From Candidatus Micrarchaeota archaeon (GTDB taxonomy: Archaea > Micrarchaeota > Micrarchaeia > Micrarchaeales > CABMGC01), in contig JAGWHC010000001.1 in the NCBI GenBank assembly GCA_028867025.1, positions 11,663 through 75,662 of the forward strand: a stretch of DNA of 64,000 bases. Reading direction: 5' to 3'. The number at the start of each line of letters is the position of its first letter. Position 1 is the first letter of the stretch. The notes beneath the pieces are model-generated. The model was not told the DNA's origin. It searched no databases and saw only the letters and a program-made list of their open reading frames with translations. A program made the position numbers and the translations under genes. This document shows, one piece after another, positions 10,013 to 20,200 of this stretch.

Positions 10013-10903
10013 GTGGGAAAGAACTGGCGCGGCAACGATTTTCCAGTAGATCTCTGGGTAAAGCACAGCGAGAAACTCTTTGACGAGATCTCGATCGCTA
10101 CCCATTGCGACAGGTTTGACTTCAAGTACGGGAAGAACGTCAGGATAACGCACATTGAAGACGATCCGAATGTACACGGCACCTACAGGTACTACGTAGA
10201 TCCGCTGATGGTTGCACAGAAGGAGCTGAACACGGACTGGAAGGTGCTCATGCCAGTGGACGAGTTCTTGACAAAGAGAATAAACCCGGAAGAGTTGGAC
10301 AAACGCTATGCGTATGCGGCAAAGATACGCCAGTTCTACGGCAACCTTGAAACAGAACTCACAACGACCGGCTTTCCTGTCTATCAATGGAGAATACACT
10401 ATGGGAACAGACGCGTGATCAAGGACGGAGGTGACGTTGAACCGCCCTATTTCGCTAAGATGTCTCCTGCGCGACTTGCTGGCCTGGCCGTAGAGGAGGT
10501 TCAGAGGCTGATGTTCAATGCGGCGCCTAAAGTGAAAAAAGTAGCGGCAAAGAAGTATGTGGTGCATACTCCTCTTTCCTACAGAATATACGCCGGGCTT
10601 TGCGATGCCTCGAGGGCGAAACATTTCACTGTATGGCACACTGGATACGCCCGAAACCCAAAATCACTCATGATCAAGTGGCGGGAAGACATAGAAAGGG
10701 TCGCTAACAGCGGCCACGCACTGAACAAAGGCATGGTGGAAGTTCTGAAGAGGGGTAACGTCATATCGTACAACAACGCTTACAAGTATGTTTGGAGAGG
10801 GAGCGCGTTGCATAGGCTGAACAAGAAAGAGGTACCAAAAGTGCTGCTTGAGAACAAGAAAAGATTCACCTGGGCCAGTTTTGACAGGGAGTATGCCTCC
10901 TAG
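10013..10903 (+). CDS. Hypothetical protein in glycan cluster (possible GT-A-like); start uncertain
   Basis: The ORF track starts at 9776, but that overlaps the preceding gene by 200 nt. The first canonical start after that gene's stop is GTG 10013. No family recognised. Confidence 0.5.
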   Translation: MGKNWRGNDFPVDLWVKHSEKLFDEISIATHCDRFDFKYGKNVRITHIEDDPNVHGTYRYYVDPLMVAQKELNTDWKVLMPVDEFLTKRINPEELDKRYAYAAKIRQFYGNLETELTTTGFPVYQWRIHYGNRRVIKDGGDVEPPYFAKMSPARLAGLAVEEVQRLMFNAAPKVKKVAAKKYVVHTPLSYRIYAGLCDASRAKHFTVWHTGYARNPKSLMIKWREDIERVANSGHALNKGMVEVLKRGNVISYNNAYKYVWRGSALHRLNKKEVPKVLLENKKRFTWASFDREYAS

Positions 10904-11610
10904 TCCATGAGCCATTTTGGCTTCATGCTCTCGACTTCTTTCAGTTCCTTGATGGTGTTTATGCTGTACCACTCCTCACCGTCGGCCATTTGATGGACTC
11001 TTATCTTTCCGGTGCCCGCGAGTTTATGGAACACCGCAGTCTCTATAGATCCAGTGTCAGGAAGGTAGTCGAGTATCTTGGAGCTGAAGATATAGATTCC
11101 ATCACTGACAAAAACGTCCTTCACGCGCGCCCCATACGTGAATCCTGTTGCGGTTTTGTCTTCATCGAAGGTTACAACGCTAAATTTTGAATAAAACGGT
11201 GCGAGCGAGAGCGTCGCCACGGTGCCTTCCTTCTCCCTGTGCGTCTGGTAGAGCTTGCTTATGTCGAGGTTTGTGAGCTCGTCTGCGTTCATCGCAAGAA
11301 AATCATCATCTTTTACGTGCCTCGTGATTGCGAGCTTGAACGCCTGAGCTGTGCCGCCTTCCAATGTGTGTTCGCTAAACTTGACATTGAAGCCGAAGTT
11401 TTGGTTCGCGTTCATGTAATCGAATATCTTATCTTTCTTGTACGCTACTCCAATTACAACGTTTTTTATTCCGCCTTTCTTAAGCCAGCGAAGTACCCAG
11501 TACAGTATAGGTTTGCCGTTAACCTCCACCAAGGTCTTGGGTCTGTCAACAGTGAGCGGGGCGAGCCTCGAGCCCTCTCCTCCAGCTATTATGACTGCTG
11601 TTTTAAGCAT
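10900..11610 (-). CDS. Sugar-phosphate nucleotidyltransferase (NTP_transferase family)
   Basis: AVIIAGGEGSRLAPLTVDRPKTLVEVNGKPIL is the canonical G-x-G-t-R-l signature. Confidence 0.85.
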   Translation of the reverse strand: MLKTAVIIAGGEGSRLAPLTVDRPKTLVEVNGKPILYWVLRWLKKGGIKNVVIGVAYKKDKIFDYMNANQNFGFNVKFSEHTLEGGTAQAFKLAITRHVKDDDFLAMNADELTNLDISKLYQTHREKEGTVATLSLAPFYSKFSVVTFDEDKTATGFTYGARVKDVFVSDGIYIFSSKILDYLPDTGSIETAVFHKLAGTGKIRVHQMADGEEWYSINTIKELKEVESMKPKWLMD

Positions 11611-11789
11611 CTTTCCAGCCGCTACGGGTTCTCTAGATGACTACTGTTTTGGTCATATAAATAGTTTGCGTCTATCTCTGAAAGTTATCCTTCTGAAATT
11701 TTAGATCTGCCTGTGCTGAGGTTACAGGCAAGAGTCTAGGCATATAAATCTGCCATGCCTAACCTTTTCACACGTCAGAGAGGGTTCTG

Positions 11790-14237
11790 TTGGAGGCTAA
11801 TTCAGAAAACACAAGTGGGACTGGAGACGCTAGGCTGGAAGTTGATAGAAAACGCGCACTGTACATCTTCTGGATTGCAATCCTGGCAATAATAGTAGCT
11901 ACCGTCTACTTCCGCACGCCCCTCCTCTCTTTCTACGGCTTCTACGAGCCCGATGGCTACTTCCATTACTCCATGATCAGGGCGGCCGTGAACAACGGCT
12001 TCTCGCTGCCGCAGAACCTCGGAATATCGGGATGGCCGCCGCAGTGCAACAGCTTCAGCGCCAACATCTGCGGCCCGACAGTGCCGCACCATGAGCCTTT
12101 CGGCCTCTACTGGGTCACGCTCATACCCTACTTCTTCCTGCAATTCGCAGGAATAGGCTACTATGACATACAGCGCACCATACCGGTGCTTTTTGGAATT
12201 CTAGATGTAGCGCTCGCGTACTTCCTTGCAAGGGGCTGGAGCAAGGACAGGTTCTTCGGGCTCCTCGTCATGGCGCTGATAGCTCTCAACATGGGCAACG
12301 CCGCAAGGACCAGCGCGCTCATATACAGGGGCGACAGCTTCGTAACCACTTTCTTCATAGCTGCGCTGATAGTGACTGTCGCGATGTTCAAAGCCGGAAG
12401 CGGGCGCAGGAAGCTGGAGTACATGTCGCTCGCCGCTGTTCTTCTCGCCCTCTGCAACCTGGTGTGGAACGGCGCGCCTTTCGCAACTGCCATATTCATA
12501 TTCGCGTTTGTGCTTGTCGTCGTACTCGGTTTCACCTTTGAGAAGAAGGAGCTTCTGGACAATGGCAAATACATGCTCGGCGCGCTGCTGATATGGTACG
12601 TGCTTGTTACGCTGTTCAAGTACTTCCTGTGGATAGCGTCTGACCAGACGTTCACCGGCATACACTTCTTCCTGCTGTTCATTCCGATGGCAATCGGCTG
12701 GTTCGCCGCCGACTATCTTGGCAAGGGAAGGGTGGAGCACATCGCATACCTGCACGCCCCTGTGAGACGGTTTGCTCTTGCCCTGGCTGCGATAGCCGTG
12801 ATCTTTGTTCTGATCTACGTGCTGATACCCAGTTTTGTCAACGATGTCTTCGTGACGACTGGCTTTGACATATCAACCGCATTCTCGTCCACCATAGAGG
12901 AGCTGCAGCTGCCTACGTACCAGTTCCTCTTCGCGAGCTTCAACTTCCAGAACTTCACCAACCCGATGAGCCTGGTGATGATTCTCGCTGCGCTTGTGCA
13001 GAAGTACGTGGTGCTCTTCTGGTTTGCGCTTCTCGCGCTCTTCGTGCCCTACTTCTTCATGCATATAGAGGGAGGGGACAGTGGCATGATGAGCGGCCAC
13101 GCGCGCTGGCACTTCGAGTTCGACGAGACACTGCTCATACTCATCTCCTACTTCGCGCTCACAGCCTATCTGCAGATGAACGCGATAAGGTTCAACTCCC
13201 TAGTCTCGGTGCCGATGTCGATCTTCAGCGCTTTCACTATATACTGGCTGGTCCTTCTGGTCAAGAACTACAAGGACAACTACTTCTTCAGCAAGTGGAT
13301 CAACGCCTATCACGCATCGTTCGTGCTTCTCGCCCTGCTCCTGGTCTTCGTGGTGCAGACGGACCTCGGCTACATCAGCGGGCTCGCGCCAGCGGACCAG
13401 ATAAACCCTCAGTTCCTGCAGGCGATGGCGTGGATGAAGAACAACACGCCCTCGAACAGCGTTGTGCTCACTCTGTGGCCCGACGGCTCAGTGGTGGAGG
13501 GCGTGGCGAACCTGACAAGCGTCACGGACAGCGTCGGCTCGCAGTACGCCATAAAGGCGAACCCGTTCGCAGCGTGGCTCTACAACTCCAGTCCGGATCC
13601 CGCCTTCCTGCTCGCCAACATAACCGGCGCGCCCAACTACCTCGTAGTGAGGCAGTCGTGGATGGTCGAGACAGGAGGCATATTCACTGAATCGGGGATA
13701 AACGTGAGCACCAACAACGGCTACGGATACAACCCGTTCAGCAGCCTCAACGAGAGGGTAAACGCCACTACGCAGCTCTTCCAGTTCTTCGGAAGCGGCC
13801 TCGAGGAGGATACGATAATAAGCAACAGCACCGGCGGACACACGATAGCAAGCTACCTGAAGTTCAGCCAGGGCATACAGCCTTTCGGATACGTCGCCTT
13901 CTACAACGTAGTCACGGGCAACTGGTCGATAGTCAAGCAGACTGCATTCAACGTCACGAACAACCAGACATTCCTCATAAGCTACTCTCCCATCCCCGCC
14001 CCCAACCTCTACGTCAACATAACCTCCGCGTACATGCTGGGCACCTCGCTGGCGGACAGCAACATGGTCAAGTTCCTCTTCCACTGCAACTCCCAGGCGT
14101 GCCTGTGGAACAACAACGTCGCCGGCCTGCGCCTCGTATACATCAACCAGGACACGAAGGTGTACCAGATAGTGTACAACGAGAGCAACTCGACCGTGGC
14201 GACGGCACTAGCAAGGTTCCCGCGAAAGAACGCATGA
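11790..14237 (+). CDS. aglB: AglB/STT3-type oligosaccharyltransferase (GT-C), divergent catalytic motif
   Basis: The N-terminal half is polytopic, and the first-loop motif is YGFYEPDGYFHY. After the last TM, FLQAMAWMKNNTPSNSVVLTLWPDGSVVEG aligns with the W..NTP....V.sWWDYG block of STT3/AglB. Confidence 0.7.
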   Translation: MEANSENTSGTGDARLEVDRKRALYIFWIAILAIIVATVYFRTPLLSFYGFYEPDGYFHYSMIRAAVNNGFSLPQNLGISGWPPQCNSFSANICGPTVPHHEPFGLYWVTLIPYFFLQFAGIGYYDIQRTIPVLFGILDVALAYFLARGWSKDRFFGLLVMALIALNMGNAARTSALIYRGDSFVTTFFIAALIVTVAMFKAGSGRRKLEYMSLAAVLLALCNLVWNGAPFATAIFIFAFVLVVVLGFTFEKKELLDNGKYMLGALLIWYVLVTLFKYFLWIASDQTFTGIHFFLLFIPMAIGWFAADYLGKGRVEHIAYLHAPVRRFALALAAIAVIFVLIYVLIPSFVNDVFVTTGFDISTAFSSTIEELQLPTYQFLFASFNFQNFTNPMSLVMILAALVQKYVVLFWFALLALFVPYFFMHIEGGDSGMMSGHARWHFEFDETLLILISYFALTAYLQMNAIRFNSLVSVPMSIFSAFTIYWLVLLVKNYKDNYFFSKWINAYHASFVLLALLLVFVVQTDLGYISGLAPADQINPQFLQAMAWMKNNTPSNSVVLTLWPDGSVVEGVANLTSVTDSVGSQYAIKANPFAAWLYNSSPDPAFLLANITGAPNYLVVRQSWMVETGGIFTESGINVSTNNGYGYNPFSSLNERVNATTQLFQFFGSGLEEDTIISNSTGGHTIASYLKFSQGIQPFGYVAFYNVVTGNWSIVKQTAFNVTNNQTFLISYSPIPAPNLYVNITSAYMLGTSLADSNMVKFLFHCNSQACLWNNNVAGLRLVYINQDTKVYQIVYNESNSTVATALARFPRKNA

Positions 14238-14242
14238 AGGGA

Positions 14243-14635
14243 TTAGTATGGCTTCTCTGCCGTTATCTCTACTATGCCTTCGAAATCCCTGATGTTCTGC
14301 GTAAATAGTTTGCAACGCAAGCTTGATGCTGTAGCGGCTATGAGGGCATCTGCCAGATTTACCCTGTGCCGCCTCCTCATCTCTCCAGCGGACTTTGCAA
14401 TATCTTCGCTCACTTCGATTTTTGTGAAAAGGTCCAGAAGATCGCTCCAGATCTTCCTTTTTACAGGATCGTCTGCTTCTTTGCCTGAGAAGAGCTCCGC
14501 GAGCGTTATTGTGGAAACGTATCCGGAAAGAAGCCCGTCTTCGACCTGCTTGACCAGCGCCGTGGCCTCCTTGGAATTGTTAAGGTGGTCGACCAGTATG
14601 TTTGTATCGAACACTGCTTCGCTCATTTCACTCAC
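14243..14635 (-). CDS. vapC: PIN-domain ribonuclease toxin VapC
   Basis: AVFDTNILVDHL N-terminal acidic motif and a later D residue pattern. It overlaps the upstream antitoxin gene by 4 nt. Confidence 0.85.
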   Translation of the reverse strand: MSEMSEAVFDTNILVDHLNNSKEATALVKQVEDGLLSGYVSTITLAELFSGKEADDPVKRKIWSDLLDLFTKIEVSEDIAKSAGEMRRRHRVNLADALIAATASSLRCKLFTQNIRDFEGIVEITAEKPY

Positions 14636-14895
14636 TCTTCATGCAGTATTTCTTTAACTCTTTTTTCCATCTCTCTCCTTATGCGCCTTGTGTACTGAAG
14701 GCCTGTCTCCTTCCCTGTCCATGTGCCCGCGCTCCTCTCAACTATGCTTCCGCTGCTTCTTCCTTTTTTTATCACGCCTTTCAGTTTCTCGTTTATCAGT
14801 TTCGAAAGCGCCTTCGTGGTGCCGTACTTCTTTATGGCCTCCTTGAAGAGTTCTCTATATACTTCAGTATCAAGATTTATAGTTGTCTTCACCAT
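14632..14895 (-). CDS. vapB: VapB-like antitoxin
   Basis: An 87-aa ORF translationally coupled to vapC. Its N-terminus MVKTTINLDTEVYRELFKEA parallels the second antitoxin at 62977..63189. Confidence 0.6.
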   Translation of the reverse strand: MVKTTINLDTEVYRELFKEAIKKYGTTKALSKLINEKLKGVIKKGRSSGSIVERSAGTWTGKETGLQYTRRIRREMEKRVKEILHEE

Positions 14896-14986
14896 GCCAT
14901 TTACCCAGCATTATCTGGCGCTTAAGTTATAAAAGGCTTGCCGTCGAGCCTTGGAATGGTCAGCACGCGGCTCGCGCTGCACGCTA

Positions 14987-15025
14987 GAAATAAAAAAAGA
15001 AAAAGGAAAGAAAAACAAAAGAAAG
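14987..15025 (-). terminator. Oligo-T tract (minus strand) downstream of the 4-TM gene
   Basis: The plus strand has a purine run, aaataaaaaaagaaaaaggaaagaaaaacaaaagaaag, so the minus strand carries T-rich runs immediately 3' of the stop at 15037. This is the archaeal terminator type. Confidence 0.4.
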
Positions 15026-15036
15026 CTCTTTCCTTC

Positions 15037-15411
15037 TTACATCCTCTTTCCGCTCATCGCGGATCCGAGGAAGGTCAGGACGAAGCCCAGGACGCTGGCC
15101 CACAGCCAGGTCGAGTTGCCCCAAGTAAGCGCCGATAGCGTGAGTCCGGCCACTGCAGCCGTCTCCAGGCCCATCAGGCTCATCTGAGGTCCGCTCCATC
15201 CAGTTATCTGTCCGAAGCTTGCGAAGAATAGCGCTACAGAAGCTATCACCGCAGCGCCCACGAATACTGGCGCCCAGAATGATCCGCTTCCGGCGAATAC
15301 TCCGCCGCTTGGTGCCGAACCAGCGAGGCCCGCGAACACAACTCCAAGGAAGACAAGGCTCCCTATGAGCTGCAGGACGAAGGCACCCCAGTTCTGTTGT
15401 GCTCTTGCCAT
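15037..15411 (-). CDS. Small 4-TM membrane protein, paralogue A
   Basis: MARAQQNWGAFVLQLIGSL... with four hydrophobic segments. It shares the block GAAVIASVALFFASFG with 15595..15975. Confidence 0.6.
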   Translation of the reverse strand: MARAQQNWGAFVLQLIGSLVFLGVVFAGLAGSAPSGGVFAGSGSFWAPVFVGAAVIASVALFFASFGQITGWSGPQMSLMGLETAAVAGLTLSALTWGNSTWLWASVLGFVLTFLGSAMSGKRM

Positions 15412-15442
15412 ACAATTCACTTGAAACTAACTGTTAGCCAAA

Positions 15443-15454
15443 CTTTTTAAACTT
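15443..15454 (-). promoter_or_regulatory. TATA-like box for paralogue A
   Basis: The minus strand reads aagtttaaaaag about 35 nt upstream of ATG 15411. The same aagtttaaaaa core precedes paralogue B. Confidence 0.4.
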
Positions 15455-15552
15455 ATTCCATACCTACGTCAATGGTTTGACAAAAGACGAAGACGCGCCT
15501 GGCTGCGACGATGCCAGGTTCGACTATCGTTTATGTATTACTGGAAGTAACG

Positions 15553-15585
15553 AAAAAAGGAAAAAGGAAAGGGAAACAAAAACAA
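15553..15585 (-). terminator. Oligo-T tract (minus strand) downstream of paralogue B
   Basis: The plus-strand purine run gaaaaaaggaaaaaggaaagggaaacaaaaacaa lies directly 3' of the stop at 15595 and is similar to 14987..15025. Confidence 0.4.
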
Positions 15586-15594
15586 TGCCTTTCC

Positions 15595-15975
15595 TTACTT
15601 CTTGCCGCCGTAGGCCGCTCCCAGGAAGCTGAGTATGAAGCCGATCAGCGTAGCCCAGAGGTAAACACTCTGTCCGCCGCTCCATGACCACGTGAAAGCG
15701 GTCAGGGTCAGCGCTGCCAGTGCTGAGTCGCCCATTCCCATCAGGCTCAATCTAGGGCCTGCCATGCCCGAAAGGTTTCCGAAGCTAGCGAAGAAGAGCG
15801 CCACAGAAGCTATCACCGCTGCTCCCAAGAAGAGAGGCGTGAAGAAAGCTCCTGCTCCGGCGAAAGTGCCGGACGGCGAGCCAGCTAGGCCACCCCCGAA
15901 CACCACGTATAGGAAGGCGAGGCTCCCTATCAGTTCCAGGATGAAGGCCGTCATGTTCTGCTGTGCTTTTGCCAT
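15595..15975 (-). CDS. Small 4-TM membrane protein, paralogue B
   Basis: MAKAQQNMTAFILELIGSL... is collinear with paralogue A, 558 nt away. Confidence 0.65.
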   Translation of the reverse strand: MAKAQQNMTAFILELIGSLAFLYVVFGGGLAGSPSGTFAGAGAFFTPLFLGAAVIASVALFFASFGNLSGMAGPRLSLMGMGDSALAALTLTAFTWSWSGGQSVYLWATLIGFILSFLGAAYGGKK

Positions 15976-16003
15976 TACATCACGAATCCAAAGAGAACTG
16001 AAA

Positions 16004-16016
16004 AGTTTTTAAACTT
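16004..16016 (-). promoter_or_regulatory. TATA-like box for paralogue B
   Basis: The minus strand reads aagtttaaaaact about 30-40 nt upstream of ATG 15975. Confidence 0.4.
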
Positions 16017-16095
16017 GTCCCCATGGCTAGACAGGAGCAAGAGAAGCGCGGCAGGGATTCTTTTTTAACTTTGCATGCACATGCTTATCGTTTGC

Positions 16096-17220
16096 ATGCG
16101 CATAGCATTCGCCTCGGACAGCGCCTATCCCTGGTTCAACGGTGGCATTGAGAAGAGGAGATACATAATAATGAGGAAGCTCGCGGAGGAGGGCCACGAG
16201 GTGCACTGCTTCACGATGCACAGGAAGAACATGCCAGGGCACGTGTTCACGTACAAGGGGATAAGGTACCACAGCGTCGGCGAGGCCCTGGGCTGGGAGG
16301 GAATGTACCGCGGGGGCAGCAAGCGCAGGAGCATACGCATGCCCCTGATCTTCAGCGCGCAGCTGTTCTGGAAGATACTGCCCTACAGGTTCGATGCCGT
16401 CGACGCCGACAACTTCCCGTTCCTGCACCTCTTTCCGCTCTTCTTCTACTCGAAGATACGCGGGGCGAGGTTCGCCATAACCTGGCACGAGGTCTGGAGC
16501 GCCGGCTTCTGGAAGAGATACCTCAGCGGTCTCGGCATACTCGGCTACTTCGTGGAATGGATAAGCGCGCGCATGGCGGATGTGCACATAGCGAACTCGA
16601 GCACGACCAAGAGGCTGCTTATCAGTGAGCTGGGCGCCGATCCTGACAAGATAATCGTGTTTCCCGTAGCCGTTGACACAGAGGAGATGCGGAGGTATTC
16701 TAGGATCAGGTACAGGAAGAAAGACCAGTTCCTTGTGGCAAGCAGGCTTGTGGGCCACAAGAGGGTCGAGCTCGCAATCTCTGCGATAGCGAAGACAAAG
16801 GCGAAGCTGCTAGTCATAGGCACGGGACCGGATGAGGAGAAGCTGGTCAGGCTCGCCAGCGAGGTGGCCCCGGGCCAGGTCACGTTCAAACATTCGCTCC
16901 CCACCGAGCAGCACTACAGGAGCTTCCTGGAGTCAAGGGCCTTGATTATGCCATCGGCGCGCGAGGGCCTCTCGCTCGTCACTGTTGAGGCGCTGGCGCT
17001 GGGCGTGCCTGTAGTAGTCGCAAACACCAGCTCGCTTCCAGAAGAGGTGAAGAGCATGTGCCTGGAAACCGGAGAGGACCGGCTCGGCTCGATGCTCAAC
17101 AAGATACTCGCGAACAGCAAGAGGTACGAAAACAGGGCGATGGGGCTGCGCGAGAAGGTGCTGAGGGAGTTCTCCGGAGACGATGCGGGAAAGGTATACG
17201 AGCAGGTGGTCGAAAGCTAA
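16096..17220 (+). CDS. Glycosyltransferase family 1 (GT4-type)
   Basis: MRIAFASDSAYPWFNGG N-terminus and C-terminal PSAREGLSLVTVEALALGVPVVVANTSSLPE (E-x7-E region). Confidence 0.85.
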   Translation: MRIAFASDSAYPWFNGGIEKRRYIIMRKLAEEGHEVHCFTMHRKNMPGHVFTYKGIRYHSVGEALGWEGMYRGGSKRRSIRMPLIFSAQLFWKILPYRFDAVDADNFPFLHLFPLFFYSKIRGARFAITWHEVWSAGFWKRYLSGLGILGYFVEWISARMADVHIANSSTTKRLLISELGADPDKIIVFPVAVDTEEMRRYSRIRYRKKDQFLVASRLVGHKRVELAISAIAKTKAKLLVIGTGPDEEKLVRLASEVAPGQVTFKHSLPTEQHYRSFLESRALIMPSAREGLSLVTVEALALGVPVVVANTSSLPEEVKSMCLETGEDRLGSMLNKILANSKRYENRAMGLREKVLREFSGDDAGKVYEQVVES

Positions 17221-17250
17221 TCCGTTCCGTCCCTTATTTATAACTTATAT

Positions 17251-20200
17251 ATGTCTAATTATAGAACTTGCATGGGCGCCGCTGCGAATAACACCCTTCT
17301 TATCTTCATCTTGGCAGTTTCTCTTTTCTCAATTTCATCATACGCGCAGTCCACCCTTGTTGGCTGCAATAACGTATGCGGAGTCGCATGCCCAGCTTCG
17401 GGGTACAGCACCGCCTCGTGCTCCAGCAGCTATGCGTACACCTGCACCTCGAGTTCATGCGCAACAACCTGCAACCTCTGCGTGCAGATAACAACGCAGT
17501 ACCAGCAGAACACAAACTACCAGTTCCAGTCGTTTTCAACTACCCCGATACCCTCTACTCTTTCCCCCGCTGAAAGCGTCAACCAGTACAACATAGGCAA
17601 CTCGGGCTGGTTCCTCACCTGCCCTGAGCCGCTTGCTCCGATGCTCGGTGACGTGAGCCCGGGGGACAACTCCCTGTTCTATCCCTACACGGCAGACCAC
17701 CAGTTCCAGTGGATCGGAGGCGACGCCTGCCGTGCCAGCACTACGCCGCTCACCTCTACAGTAGACCTGCCTGTCTCGGTAGGCTGGACCGTAGGTCCGA
17801 ACGGGCAATTCGCCTCGGCAAGCGTCGGCACCCTTAGCGTGTCACCGGTAGGCAGCCTGGCGCTCACCAACCTTGCATACTCTCCTGAGCTGGACACAGG
17901 AGGCGCGACGATAGCAAGCAGCTTCAACGTCAACTCCTACGTTTTCCAGTCGATACCTGCGGCTGCGCAGAACGACATCTGGACATGGAGCGCGCCTTTC
18001 GCGAACCTAAACGCTGGGACATCGATCGGCGACTCGCAGACTGTGACCGCCTCGCCAGTTGCGAAGTTCACAGAGTACACCAACCCCACCACCGATGATG
18101 ACACCGGCGGCGTACTTGCAGGAGCCGACAACTCGATACAGAAAAACTCAAACCTTACGCTTGCTGGCACGAGTAACTCCACGAAAAATACGACAGCAAG
18201 CAAAAATTCCACTGCGCTCTTGCTATCCGACACTGGAAAAGCGGCCGCACAGCTCTCCCTGACTGGACTTGGAGGTCAGTGCGCCGTTGGTGACACGTTT
18301 TGCCTGCCTGCATGCGATTCGGGACTGACGTGCAAAGGCAGCGGAACAAGGGGAGAGACGGGAGCGCCGAACTGCGATCTCTGTAACCTGCCCTCGAGCG
18401 GCTGCCACCAATTCGGCACCTGCGTTTCCGTCGCCACCTCCACCACTAGCACCACGACAAGCACCTCTTCTACTACCACTTCCCCCACCACATCTGTGGA
18501 GCCATACGTATGCCAGTACAGCTACGCGTACACCGAGAAGACCACTCTGACAAGCATAAAGAACGAGCAGATACCCTTCAACGAGGTGAACGTGATGACT
18601 GACCCGAACAACCCCGGAGCAAACAAGTACACGTTCAACACATTCCAGACTCCGATACTGCCGTACATAACGCTCGGATACAACATGCCCGCGCTAGACG
18701 GCCAGCAGATGAGCAACAGCTACGACGTCTTCTCGCCATGGAACTACAACACGCCGATAAACTCGATAGAGATGCTGCCGATAGACACGCCAAGCGTGTT
18801 CTTCGTGAACTACAGCGGACAGCTCTCATCAGTTCCCGCGGGCTCGCTGCTAAATCCCGGTTCGCTGAAGAACCTGCTAAGCAACCTTGATAAGTTGCTG
18901 GGCAACTTGGGCAACCTGCTGGGCAGTGGAGTAAGCCAGAAGTCGCAGGCGTCTACGGACCTGTCGCAGTTCGGCCTCTACCAGCCGAACATATACGACC
19001 CGATATCGATCGCGCAGGTGAGCAACGACTACATCTTCGTGCTCAACTACTCAAACCCGAGCAACGGAGGGAATGGCGACTACTACATCAGCGTCTTCAG
19101 GCTCATACCAAGGGGCTACTTCAGCACCAGCGGCCCCGACGCTTACGCGCGCAGCAAAGGGTTGTACAACCTTCAGCAGAGCTGCGATCCGACGCAGTCC
19201 GGCTGCTCCCAGTCGTCGCTGGAGGGCGCGAACCTCCAGAACTGGAACAACAACTGGAACGGGTACTGGGCGAATGTGATCGAGGCGCAGAACTCGAGCG
19301 TGTACCTGATAAGGAGCATTGACCTAGGCAGTCCGACATCATCGAGCACCAGCACTTTCATAGGCGAGTACCTGAGCACGGCGAGCAGTTCCACGAGCTG
19401 CAGCTCCGGAAACAAGTGTTCCGGGATAGACTACTTCTCGCCCATCAACATAACAGCGGATTCGCAGGGAGACGTGTTCATAACTGGGGATCTGGCCAAC
19501 TACAACCACAAGGTAAGCAAGATTTTTGGAGATTATGACTGGGCCGGAATAATGAAAATACCTGCGGTCAACGGTCAGACGCAACCGTCCCCGAGCCAGA
19601 TAAGCAGCACCACTGGCGACTGGTCGTCCACGAGCGGCGTGCCAGTACTGACAGAAATCGCTGTGAGCTCTGACGGCACCTGGCTCTACGCTTCTAACGA
19701 AAACATAGGCACAGTATACCAGTTCTCAGCCAGGAACAAACAGCTGGAGGAGAACCAGGGACTCGACCTGACGTTCGCCACAGGCTTCGGAGCAACCACG
19801 CAAAGCAGCCAGGCCGGAGCTCTGCAGACCTCTTTGAACATAGCATATTACCTGCAGTACGGCGGGCTCTACGGATACAAGTTCGACGGGAGCAGCGGAT
19901 CGCTAAACCTAGCGGCGAGCACTGTAAACCCGAACAACGTGGAGGTCGGCACCGACATGGACAGCAACGCATTCCACCACGCGGTCGGCCTTGAGAACAT
20001 AAACGGCTACATCTACGTGCTCGACGACTGGAAGGGAAGGATCGGCTTCAGCACCTCAAGCGGAGTGGGTTGGTGCTGGACCTTCTGGAGCTGCCCGTCG
20101 CAGAACGGCGGCACGTATTTCGACATACTCGTGCTCCGCGTTCTCGACCCCGCTGGCAACAACGTGCCTATAAACCCGACCCTGTTCAACGACATGTTCA

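Noticed and set aside
12161-13112. Antisense ORFs of 79-184 aa inside aglB, and 13488..14084 further on.
   Set aside because: The sense frame encodes a polytopic GT-C protein with the aligned NTP...W.DG block. The antisense translations lack features.
14938-15187. Short plus-strand ORFs and a polypurine tract, considered as a possible low-complexity gene or simple repeat.
   Set aside because: The tract is the complement of the oligo-T run following the minus-strand 4-TM gene, and the same arrangement recurs after its paralogue. A terminator is the more economical reading.
16027-16758. A 243-aa antisense ORF over the GT1 gene. Similar antisense ORFs lie over rnz (35249..36046), the epimerase (32834..33508) and 47249..48793.
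   Set aside because: Each lies opposite a gene with strong family motifs. Long antisense ORFs are expected where GC-rich codon usage depletes stop codons.
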